Source: Acaryochloris marina MBIC11017 (GTDB lineage Bacteria; Cyanobacteriota; Cyanobacteriia; Thermosynechococcales; Thermosynechococcaceae). From it: a stretch of 32,000 nucleotides of DNA. Each line of letters opens with the position of its first letter. The first letter of the stretch is position 1. Below the pieces are notes generated by a model. It was not told the DNA's origin, did not search any database, and saw only the letters and a list, made by a program, of their open reading frames with translations. Of this stretch, positions 8,916-17,364 are shown one piece after another. Both the position numbers and the translations under genes were made by a program. The stretch lies in contig NC_009925.1 of NCBI RefSeq assembly GCF_000018105.1, forward strand, positions 3,660,001 to 3,692,000, given 5' to 3'.

Positions 8916-10016
8916 CTACTTGCTAATATATAAATTGAAAATTTTAGCAAGTTGCTCACTGCGATAAGAAGTAGTATGAGACTCTAAAGTTTTTAGTTGT
9001 CCTGCTTTAGCAATCTTTAATGCCTGTCTAGGATATTGAATATAGTAATTGATTTTATCTACCAAATCATTAATGGTGTCGTATACTACAACCTCTTTGT
9101 TAGGGTCAAAAAGCTCTCGAATGTTAGGTGAATTTTCAGTTATTAACAACGTCCCAACTCCTGTAGCTTCAAACATTCGTATATTGCCTGCAATACCTCC
9201 AGCAACTTCTCCATGGACATTAACTGTCATACATGAGCGGGCCAGGATTCTATACATTTCCATTCCCCAAATACTTGATTGGATATTGGTACGCAAAGAA
9301 TTCGCTTCCAACAAAGTACGTATATATCCCTTCTTTAATAAACCTTTTGATAATAGAGTTGGACGATTTCCCCAAATTCTAATAGGAGTTTGTTTAGACA
9401 GTTGCTTAAGTACTTGAATACGTTTGAGATGTGCCCAAGTCAAATTTCCAATAAAACTACAGTCTATATCTGATTTAACATTATCTAAGAGATTAAGGAT
9501 ATTAGGCTCAAAAGCAGGAAAAAGACGTTCACTTGCCTGCCCTTGTCGTCTAAAACTATCTCGGAAATTTATATGTGAAGTTAAGACACAATCAATACCC
9601 GATAAGTTTAAAGATGGAGATATTGGACATGCGATCCATGCAAAAACTTTACGGCAAATTTGTCTCAGAGTTTGTAAATAATCGCCATAAAAATTAAACA
9701 TTGAGCCAATCCAAAGAATCTCTGGCTGAAACTGCCTGACTTGCTCATAAGCTATTTCATACTGCCAGTTTTTCGTGAAATGAAAACCATTTTCTTCAGC
9801 CCATTTGTACTGGAGTGGTTCAGCATTGACGATTAAAATTTGCACCTCATACCCTAAACATTCTAGCTTTTTAGCTAATGCTGGAGGCCAGCCAAAGTAG
9901 TCAGATAAAAGTAAATTTACCTGATATTGATACGTTCTTTCCTCTAATTGAGGGTGGGACTCATAAAAAGATTCTAAATAGCCCTGATAGAAGCTCCAAA
10001 AGAGTGTAAGTCTCAT
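8916..10016 (-). CDS. CgeB-like glycosyltransferase (DUF3880 / Glyco_trans_1_2 type)
   Basis: The C-terminal block NIRMFEATGVGTLLITE...ELF...EVVVYD...L..KI.YY is typical of the CgeB family. The track start at 10064 is TTG and overlaps wzy, and the first ATG is at 10016 (MRLTLFWSF...). Confidence 0.6.
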   Translation of the reverse strand: MRLTLFWSFYQGYLESFYESHPQLEERTYQYQVNLLLSDYFGWPPALAKKLECLGYEVQILIVNAEPLQYKWAEENGFHFTKNWQYEIAYEQVRQFQPEILWIGSMFNFYGDYLQTLRQICRKVFAWIACPISPSLNLSGIDCVLTSHINFRDSFRRQGQASERLFPAFEPNILNLLDNVKSDIDCSFIGNLTWAHLKRIQVLKQLSKQTPIRIWGNRPTLLSKGLLKKGYIRTLLEANSLRTNIQSSIWGMEMYRILARSCMTVNVHGEVAGGIAGNIRMFEATGVGTLLITENSPNIRELFDPNKEVVVYDTINDLVDKINYYIQYPRQALKIAKAGQLKTLESHTTSYRSEQLAKIFNLYISK

Positions 10017-10047
10017 ATGTTTACTATATGTTCTACCTGCTCTTAAA

Positions 10048-11427
10048 CTATCTTTGTGAAGCAAGAGTAGGTTGTGTCTTCTTGCTTCTTACTAAGCGAG
10101 ACTTACGCATTATCAAGTAGATCAAGAAGTTTAGTCCTAGACCAAAAGAAAATAATGTTGTCAGCAAGTTCCCCTCTGAGAGAAAGAAAGTTGACATTGA
10201 TAATGAAACATATGTACCCAGAACCATAGGGGTTTTTTGAGACTTTACAAACCATTGATGGTAGTACGATAGCAGGAAAACTACTAACAGTGATTGGAGC
10301 ACTACTCCAAAGTAGCTAAAGTCAGCCCAGGCAGTACCAATAAATGCAGCATTCCAAGATCCAGTGGCATCATATATATCACCAAAAGCAATATAGCCTC
10401 GTATAACACGTCCTGGATCATGAATAAAATCACTACCTGTAAATATATTCATAAAGGAAGAACTAGCACCATATAAATGTGGAAATATATCTGGATACAC
10501 ATGAAAGTGTAGTTGTAAGGTTCTTGTCACTTCACCGCTTAAGCGATTGACAACTGCCATTAAAGCGACTTGATAATTAATACTAGGATATTGAATCCAA
10601 TACTGAAAAGGAAGTAGAAAAAATACTAAAAACATGACGGCTAAAGCGGAACGTTTCCCAATCTTGCTAGCAAGGGAAATCGTGATATTTCCAGATGCAA
10701 GCAGCCAACAAAAAAAGGTGCCCAATAGAATTAAGACGATTCCACCTTTTTGTCCTGATATCAAATTTAGTAATAAGGTAATACTTAATAAGTATATAAA
10801 TAGAAACGTGTATCTTTTGCTTTTCTTTCTCATGAAAAACAAGATATAAGTACATAGTGGTAGTGCAGTGAATTTAAGAGTGTTAGCTACTCTCAATAAT
10901 ATACCGTTAAAACTACTTACGCTTTCTCCATAAGCAAGCCTTGCTGCTTTATAGGCTTCGCCAGAAAAATTTCCAGAAAATAAATAAGTGAGAAAATCAG
11001 TTCTCCATAATACAACAAAGGTTAGTGTAGATATGCTAAAAGCAAAAAGTGGAAAAATACTTCTCAAATCACTTGCTTTTCGTGTGGATAAGTTTGCTAT
11101 TGCCTCTTTATATGCTTTTCGACTGAGCTTTCGTTTTCCAAAAAAGGGTCGGGAAATTATGATACCAATTATAAAACTGATATACATTAGCATTAAAGAA
11201 GCAGTCCATCTTAGCAAGACTGCTTCTGGCAAATCCAAGCCTATTTGCTCATAATTAATATCTATTGTAAAAGGAATCATTATTCCATGCTTGATAAAGA
11301 AAGCATAGAAAAATACTGTAAATATACTTAATCTAGAGAAACAGCAGGTTAATTTTTCAAGTAAGATACCTATTATAAATAAGAATATGTACCATCCTAT
11401 TAGAAAAGTAATGTTTCCTATGCCCAT
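10048..11427 (-). CDS. polytopic membrane protein, candidate O-antigen/EPS repeat-unit polymerase (Wzy-like)
   Basis: 459 aa with at least 10 hydrophobic segments, and very AT-rich. It lies in a locus that also encodes Wzx. The call is by context and topology only. Confidence 0.55.
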   Translation of the reverse strand: MGIGNITFLIGWYIFLFIIGILLEKLTCCFSRLSIFTVFFYAFFIKHGIMIPFTIDINYEQIGLDLPEAVLLRWTASLMLMYISFIIGIIISRPFFGKRKLSRKAYKEAIANLSTRKASDLRSIFPLFAFSISTLTFVVLWRTDFLTYLFSGNFSGEAYKAARLAYGESVSSFNGILLRVANTLKFTALPLCTYILFFMRKKSKRYTFLFIYLLSITLLLNLISGQKGGIVLILLGTFFCWLLASGNITISLASKIGKRSALAVMFLVFFLLPFQYWIQYPSINYQVALMAVVNRLSGEVTRTLQLHFHVYPDIFPHLYGASSSFMNIFTGSDFIHDPGRVIRGYIAFGDIYDATGSWNAAFIGTAWADFSYFGVVLQSLLVVFLLSYYHQWFVKSQKTPMVLGTYVSLSMSTFFLSEGNLLTTLFSFGLGLNFLIYLIMRKSRLVRSKKTQPTLASQR

Positions 11428-11478
11428 AATGCTTTTTTAGTGAATAATTAAGATTAATGAATAAATTGACTGATATAT

Positions 11479-12891
11479 TTAGGCGCGAATAACCTGCTGA
11501 TAAATAGCTTTTTCTTGTTGTGTTGATAGTCGACTATTATGCCAAAGCAAGGTGAAGTTCCCTTCGAATAATCGACAGATGTCTTTTATTCCTTTAATTG
11601 TCTTCAAGGCTTCTCCATTAGATAAGTTTAAGTTCATATAGTTGTACTCCAGTATGGTTGAGTCCATGATAATTAGTGGACGCTCGAACAAACTTAGACA
11701 TTGCCTTGAAATGAGATTAAATACTGGAAAGTCGAAGCAAACTCCACATCGGAATCCCACGTGTTCTGGGAAAGTTAGTGTTGAATCATAGGTTAATCTA
11801 GCTTCCGCTAGATTCTGCCAAGTTATTGGTGTAGACCACCTAAGGCAATGTTGACGTGCACCCCAAATATCTTGGTGAATATCTTCTTGCGCACAAGCGG
11901 CTAGCAAGGCCTCAAACTCTTTTCGAGTTTGCTTGCTATCTTTATAAGTGTTGAAGCTGGAATGAAGTCCTAGTTCATGCCCTCGATTCTTAATCTTGGC
12001 AAGCAAATCGCGCATCAATGGATGATCTAAGTTGTAGTCTCCATCAATGGGGTGACAGGTGTGATCTGCAATAAAGTAGAAAGTGCTTTTAAGTCCCTGT
12101 GTTTCGCTGACCTGCATAATAAAATCAAAAGTGTTGCAGGGATCAGCTATTAGATTTCCCTGCTTTACTTCAAGCCAAGACTTTATACTGTTTGCTGCTG
12201 TTATTAAACTCTTACGACGGACTACATCTCCCAGACAGCGTCTGAGCAATCTATTTGGCCCAGAGAAAACATAGCGAAATGGCTCATCCACATCATGACT
12301 GACGTAAGTTTGAAAATGATGGTGTCTTCTTGTAAGCCTTGGCCACAGAACCAACAGATATGTCCAGAGGATTTCGATGTATTCATTAACAATTGGTCGC
12401 ATTATAAAGTTTTCTTGATAAGCCAAAGAGGCCGAGACTGGAAACCGATCTAGCGAATCGCGCTCGGTTTTAACCACTTCTTCATAACGCGTCAACATAA
12501 AAAAGGCAGATCCCAATATATCTAACCCCAAATAAATTTGATTTTCTCTTTGAGATACGAAGTCGGGGTTATGTGGATTATCGCCAAAAATGACAGGAAT
12601 ATTCGGGTGAACTAACTGTGCTTCTAAGTTCGTAGTGCTGAACTTCCATATCTTGAGGGGGTGAGCTGGCAAGGAGGTTTGCGTTAGCCATAAGTGTTTT
12701 GGTGTCGAGAAAAGGGTGTCTGCAATGATTAACTGCCGATGATCACTAGCCGTAATGATCACATTAGATTGGGAGTGTTTTGTGATTTGAATTTGAAGCC
12801 CTAGAAATTCTTCAAAAATGACTCGAACTATATATCTCCGTTCTGCCCAATATGAATCAGGCATCTCAATTTGCAGTGTTGGTTTAGACAC
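11479..12891 (-). CDS. two-domain protein with a polysaccharide deacetylase (CE4-like) C-terminal region and an uncharacterised N-terminal domain
   Basis: The blocks SHDVDEP, ELGLHSS and LLWHNS resemble the deacetylase/NodB-fold superfamily. The N-terminal DILGSAFFMLTRYEE block is seen in DUF-type partners of such enzymes. The start is GTG at 12891 (AAGG upstream), with an alternative ATG at 12864. Confidence 0.55.
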   Translation of the reverse strand: MSKPTLQIEMPDSYWAERRYIVRVIFEEFLGLQIQITKHSQSNVIITASDHRQLIIADTLFSTPKHLWLTQTSLPAHPLKIWKFSTTNLEAQLVHPNIPVIFGDNPHNPDFVSQRENQIYLGLDILGSAFFMLTRYEEVVKTERDSLDRFPVSASLAYQENFIMRPIVNEYIEILWTYLLVLWPRLTRRHHHFQTYVSHDVDEPFRYVFSGPNRLLRRCLGDVVRRKSLITAANSIKSWLEVKQGNLIADPCNTFDFIMQVSETQGLKSTFYFIADHTCHPIDGDYNLDHPLMRDLLAKIKNRGHELGLHSSFNTYKDSKQTRKEFEALLAACAQEDIHQDIWGARQHCLRWSTPITWQNLAEARLTYDSTLTFPEHVGFRCGVCFDFPVFNLISRQCLSLFERPLIIMDSTILEYNYMNLNLSNGEALKTIKGIKDICRLFEGNFTLLWHNSRLSTQQEKAIYQQVIRA

Positions 12892-12930
12892 GACTGGCCT
12901 TGGATCTGTTACTGGGTATGCTGATACAGT

Positions 12931-13170
12931 TCATGCACTAGTGTTTTCAACTGCTGTAATAATTGATTTTACAGACTGTAATTCAGCGATTTGTTCATCA
13001 TCAAACTGAACATCAAACTCCTCTTCAATGGCTAGAACTAAGTTGATATGCTTCATAGATTCCCATTGTTCAATGGATGCTGGCGAAGAGTCTAGAGTGA
13101 GCTTATCTGTCGGGATATTGAGGATATTGGAGATGACTTGAATAACTCGTTCTTGATTTGTTGCAGGCAT
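12931..13170 (-). CDS. acyl carrier protein (stand-alone, 79 aa)
   Basis: It has the size and four-helix pattern of an ACP. The candidate phosphopantetheine Ser lies in IEQWESMKHINLVLAIEEEF. An AGGAG SD lies 10 nt upstream, and the gene starts 5 nt after the FkbH-like stop. Confidence 0.8.
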   Translation of the reverse strand: MPATNQERVIQVISNILNIPTDKLTLDSSPASIEQWESMKHINLVLAIEEEFDVQFDDEQIAELQSVKSIITAVENTSA

Positions 13171-13175
13171 AGGTA

Positions 13176-14966
13176 TTAGTCTCCTTTAGTTACCTGAGAG
13201 ATAATTTCTCCAACAAAACGGCTTGTGGGCACGTCTTGGGAATAGGCAAGGTCTAAATAATACCGTCCAGCAGCCTGTTCAGTGAAATTGCGATCGCAAT
13301 AAAATGATTGGACTTGCATATTCTTGGGTGTAGGTTTGTACTGTCCCTCAATAGTCTGACACTCTCGATATGATGCGAGTTTGAGAATCTCACGCAAAAA
13401 TGCCTCTTCAACATGTCTGCCTAGCACTCGGCAAGACAGCAACAGCGAATCAATCACCGCATGGTCATCTTGATAGTTAACAATACAAACCCCGACAATA
13501 CCGTAGACGCCAAATTTGTCTTTCAACTGTAGGTATAAAACATCTGACGTTGAGCAACTGATAAAATCTGCAATATCCGCTTCAGAATATCGTTGGGTCG
13601 TCAAGTTAAATTGATTCGTTTTTTGAGTCAACTGTGCTATCCGTGGCACTGAGAACTCATCAGCAAAAGAGATCTCAGCAACCATTTTTAAGGATTCATG
13701 GTATTGGGCAATGCTCGTAAACTGTTGTTGAGCTTGGGTGCGCTGCCGGGCCGCAGAGTACATGGCGCCACGGTTTAAGTCTTCTTGGGTGAGGGCTAGC
13801 ATGTCAAACCAACCACAGCTCGCTAACATTAGACGGTAGTCTGTTGACCGTTTACTGGGTAGGTGGATGGTTTCTATCTCAGGAAGCAGTTGTCGGACAA
13901 GATTGACTTCAAATTCGCTATCGTCCACAAATACTAAGCTATCAAGTCCTATGTTTAACTCTTCTGCGATGTGACAGAGGTTTTGGGCTTTGTCATCCCA
14001 ATTAATTTGGGCACAGGTAATATGAGATTCTTGTAAGACCATGTCAGGATGATTATGAAATACATCCCATACTTCGGCTTCATTGTTCTTGCTACACAAG
14101 GCAATCAAAATCCCTTGATGGTAAAGGGTCAGAATTTCTTGCTGAAATTCGTAGAAACTAGAACCAGGATAAGAATTAGCGCTTAATTTGATACCGGCGA
14201 GACCATCTTCACCAATCACGCCTCCCCATAGGGTGTTATCACAGTCGAGGACTAGACATTTTTTGTTTTGTCCTTTTAAGGCCCGAATATATTTAAATAC
14301 TTCAGTCGCTATCTCGCATAATGCTTGTCTGGTATAGGGTGATCGACCGATATGCCAATAGCGATTATCAAAGTAATGATGGCTGCCGATGCGGGCAAGG
14401 GGTAAATCTAAATCAACGAAATAACTATTCTCTTGCTTGAGCAAGATACTTTGTATGGCAGCATTTAACCCTTGTATAGTTGCGGTTTGCCCTGTCTGCC
14501 TTTGCAGGTCAAGAATACCCCAACTGGGATAAAGTGGACGCTCAAAACCCATCCATAAGATCATGGCTGTGGTTTGACGACGAATTCCTTGGATAATCGT
14601 TTGAGCATACTCTAGAATTCGATCACATTCTGCATCAACCTCCGCCGCCGTTAAGGTGGGAAAACATTGGGCTAATTGAGTAGATAAAACTTCTAATTTC
14701 AGAAAAACGAGAACACAATCTGTTTGACTACTGAACAGTTGTGGATTGTCTTCAAGCGCATCTTGAATGCTGCAATCGTACCCTCCCCACTGCACCTGGG
14801 CAGAGAATCCCATTTGATAAGCAAAATAGGTAAGATACGGCTCTATGGGCTCAACAGTAATATTTCGCAGAACCGAAATACCCAGCTCGGGTTGATTTTC
14901 CGCCGATATCTGATTCAGAACATCCTGAATCTCAGAAAAGGTCAACATTATCTTTTCGCTGTACAT
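13176..14966 (-). CDS. FkbH-like HAD-IIIC family protein (glyceryl-ACP loading enzyme family)
   Basis: It carries the HAD-IIIC signature LVLDCDNTLWGGVIGEDG, a downstream LCSKNNE block and VFVDDS, and a C-terminal GNAT-like region. An alternative ATG at 14948 forms TAATG with the upstream stop. Confidence 0.85.
   Translation of the reverse strand: MYSEKIMLTFSEIQDVLNQISAENQPELGISVLRNITVEPIEPYLTYFAYQMGFSAQVQWGGYDCSIQDALEDNPQLFSSQTDCVLVFLKLEVLSTQLAQCFPTLTAAEVDAECDRILEYAQTIIQGIRRQTTAMILWMGFERPLYPSWGILDLQRQTGQTATIQGLNAAIQSILLKQENSYFVDLDLPLARIGSHHYFDNRYWHIGRSPYTRQALCEIATEVFKYIRALKGQNKKCLVLDCDNTLWGGVIGEDGLAGIKLSANSYPGSSFYEFQQEILTLYHQGILIALCSKNNEAEVWDVFHNHPDMVLQESHITCAQINWDDKAQNLCHIAEELNIGLDSLVFVDDSEFEVNLVRQLLPEIETIHLPSKRSTDYRLMLASCGWFDMLALTQEDLNRGAMYSAARQRTQAQQQFTSIAQYHESLKMVAEISFADEFSVPRIAQLTQKTNQFNLTTQRYSEADIADFISCSTSDVLYLQLKDKFGVYGIVGVCIVNYQDDHAVIDSLLLSCRVLGRHVEEAFLREILKLASYRECQTIEGQYKPTPKNMQVQSFYCDRNFTEQAAGRYYLDLAYSQDVPTSRFVGEIISQVTKGD
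13290..13297. repeat. HIP1 palindrome GCGATCGC
   Basis: Perfect 8-mer. Confidence 0.9.
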
Positions 14967-15376
14967 TCCAGAATTTCAACCAGGCCAAACCCATGTATCT
15001 GATAGAAAGACACCTTCTGAAAATTGAATAAAATTGCAGGCTTAGGGGGAGAAATCGTGATTATGCGATGTTTATGACGAAGTTGATCTACAGTCTGTTC
15101 CACATTCGCACTGACATAACAGAGATGGTAAATGATCTGAGGCTGCTCGGATAGCCATTGATCGAGAGGCCCCGGTGAATCAGCTGGGTAGATCAACTCC
15201 ACATCAGGCATAGATGAATGCTCACCCATCCTTAAGTTGACATTCTGCAACTCATCATATGTTTCAGGACCAATCTGATAATTCAGATCGTTCAAGAAGT
15301 GGATGGCTTTTTGTGGCTTCCGAACAGCCAGGCCAAAATGATGGAAATCCAATCCAAACGGGTTAGAGCTAAGCAT
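14948..15376 (-). CDS. VOC-superfamily protein (glyoxalase / methylmalonyl-CoA-epimerase fold)
   Basis: The paired motifs FHHFGLAV... and ...YHLCYVSANVEQTV are typical of VOC proteins. The track start at 15379 is TTG, and the ATG is at 15376. Confidence 0.65.
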   Translation of the reverse strand: MLSSNPFGLDFHHFGLAVRKPQKAIHFLNDLNYQIGPETYDELQNVNLRMGEHSSMPDVELIYPADSPGPLDQWLSEQPQIIYHLCYVSANVEQTVDQLRHKHRIITISPPKPAILFNFQKVSFYQIHGFGLVEILECTAKR

Positions 15377-16295
15377 CAACCTTGCCCAGAATAAGAGCGA
15401 TATTAATCGGCAGCTTGTCCTGTTCAGATGTCGCCAAAGTCGTTGATTGGTATGGAATCAACAATTGATGCTTGATATATAAACCACTAGCTTTAACCAT
15501 ATTGGCAATATCCTGAGCGTGCTTAAACAAGTAGATATGGTCAATAGCGGGAGAATTAATACAGGTTGTCACATGAATATGTGAGTTACCGTGGGTCAGT
15601 GCAGCAATCTTCTGCAGAAATTGTTGAGGTTGCTCTACATGCTCCAGTACTTCTCCCATGACTACTGCATCATATTGATCACTGGGCTCCCACGTTAAAA
15701 AGTCACACTCTTTGATATCGTAATTCTCGAATTGACCAAAATAGTGGCTAGAAAGAATTTTTTGAGTCAGCAACACGCTTGTAGGACTAATGTCGATTCC
15801 CAAGAACTGATCATACTGTGAATGTTGCATGGCTTCCATCATGTGAAAGCCATGTCCTGGACCAATTTCCAAATATCGTCCAGACTGCGTCTTAGGTAAC
15901 ATCTCCTTAAAAAACTGTTTCATTTGAGCATGATTAGGCCATAAAAAAGTCGTGATGGCTAAGCCATACATATACATGCTCATATAGTCTGCATTGCGAT
16001 AAACCAAAGACTCAACTTCAGCATAAGACGAATGCTTATAGTGCCCGTGGCGCTTGAAGTAGAGCTGTTGCGTAAAAGTATCTTTGACAATTAAGTCATA
16101 GCATTTAGCTAAGTACCCTAATGTTAATTGCTGATCCAGACAATAATTAAGGTATTGGCTAAAAAGTTGAATGTCACTTTTCGACAGAGTTTGAACTGCG
16201 TCTGCCAGGAAATTGCTTTGGAGTTTATTTATTCTCAAAATTTCTTGAATAAGCTCATCAATCACGGAGATCGACAAAGGTCTTGTTGAGTGCAT
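15369..16295 (-). CDS. class I SAM-dependent methyltransferase with an N-terminal helical domain
   Basis: Motif I is YLEIGPGHGF, and YDAVVMGEVLEHVEQP follows. The track start at 16316 is TTG. The ATG at 16295 is preceded by AAGGGA. Confidence 0.75.
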   Translation of the reverse strand: MHSTRPLSISVIDELIQEILRINKLQSNFLADAVQTLSKSDIQLFSQYLNYCLDQQLTLGYLAKCYDLIVKDTFTQQLYFKRHGHYKHSSYAEVESLVYRNADYMSMYMYGLAITTFLWPNHAQMKQFFKEMLPKTQSGRYLEIGPGHGFHMMEAMQHSQYDQFLGIDISPTSVLLTQKILSSHYFGQFENYDIKECDFLTWEPSDQYDAVVMGEVLEHVEQPQQFLQKIAALTHGNSHIHVTTCINSPAIDHIYLFKHAQDIANMVKASGLYIKHQLLIPYQSTTLATSEQDKLPINIALILGKVDA

Positions 16296-16402
16296 GTAGA
16301 ATCCCTTATTTATCAATACTAAAATAAATAGAATATGGTTAGATGATGGGCTATTGAGTCTGAGGTTATAAATATAAAAAAGCTATACGTCTTTTACTCT
16401 GT

Positions 16403-17344
16403 TCAGGATTTCAATGCTTTGCGCAGTAGTTGCTTTGTCGCTTTTGATAAATTAAAAATTAATGAACCTGTATCCCAAACAGTAACTCTTTTAGACTCAT
16501 AAATATGAACTGCAGCATCAAAAAAATCTTGAATTTTAAATGTGAAGAGCTTAACTCCAGATCGAGTTAATGTTTGTGAGTTGGAGATATCTAGCAAGTT
16601 AAAATAATAAATAGGGTCATACCCACCTTTAGGGAAAGTTTCAGGGTTTCGCATGAATGTACTGACTTGCTGCTCACACCCATCAGATGACTGCACTGTG
16701 AATTCTTCAGGCTCTTCATAATAGATTGTGTGCTTAAACCTTTTTTTGAAGTGGTCTTCAATCATATGACATGGTGTAAATGCTTCAAAGCCAACGCCAA
16801 TCCCCAAATATTTCCCCCCAGCACTCATCATCTGATAGTAAGGTGACAAAGGACCAAAAGGATAAGGACATAAATGGTGACTATCAGAGAATAGATGGGC
16901 TTTTCGACCATAAGAAACAGCACTAAAAATAGGATTTAGGCTGCGCACGGAACCTTTCTTCCTGCGAAGTATTTCAGCTAGCATACCGGACTCAGTCGCT
17001 GTTTTCTTGGCATTAAATATCTTTTTTTTTGCTGATATTTGATCGCGGCCTACAGGAAAGCATAATGCCATTACTGTGCTTTCTTCTCCTAAATAAGCCA
17101 TGAGATCTTTGAGCATAGATTGCACGGGAACTAACTTGCCGGTCTTTAAATAGATTTGATCTTGAGAACACATCAAGAATAGAGGATCTCCAGGGAGAAT
17201 CCCAATTCTCTCTAAGCCTTCAACAAAGTCTTCAGAGTCATAGTCAATATATTTCTGAGCCAAAAAAGGTCGAAATAATTTAAGTCTAAATTTTGCGATT
17301 GATTGCCTGGAGATACCTCGGGCTAGAGTTTGTATATAGCGCAT
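16403..17344 (-). CDS. AAC(3)-family (Antibiotic_NAT fold) N-acyltransferase, probably a sugar N-acyltransferase
   Basis: The blocks GILPGDPLFLMCS, SGMLAEILRRKKGSVRSLNPIFSAVSYG, GPLSPYY and GGKYLGIGVGFEAFTPCHMIED match the AAC(3) family pattern. The ATG is at 17344 (the track start GTG is at 17347). Confidence 0.7.
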   Translation of the reverse strand: MRYIQTLARGISRQSIAKFRLKLFRPFLAQKYIDYDSEDFVEGLERIGILPGDPLFLMCSQDQIYLKTGKLVPVQSMLKDLMAYLGEESTVMALCFPVGRDQISAKKKIFNAKKTATESGMLAEILRRKKGSVRSLNPIFSAVSYGRKAHLFSDSHHLCPYPFGPLSPYYQMMSAGGKYLGIGVGFEAFTPCHMIEDHFKKRFKHTIYYEEPEEFTVQSSDGCEQQVSTFMRNPETFPKGGYDPIYYFNLLDISNSQTLTRSGVKLFTFKIQDFFDAAVHIYESKRVTVWDTGSLIFNLSKATKQLLRKALKS

Positions 17345-17364
17345 CACACTACTCTGTACCTGAA

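Noticed and set aside
16403-17344. The AAC(3)-family ORF could be read as an aminoglycoside-resistance gene.
   Set aside because: It is embedded in, and co-oriented with, a polysaccharide locus next to wzx and an ACP cassette, with no mobile-element context. A sugar N-acyltransferase role is more plausible, and a resistance call would be over-annotation.
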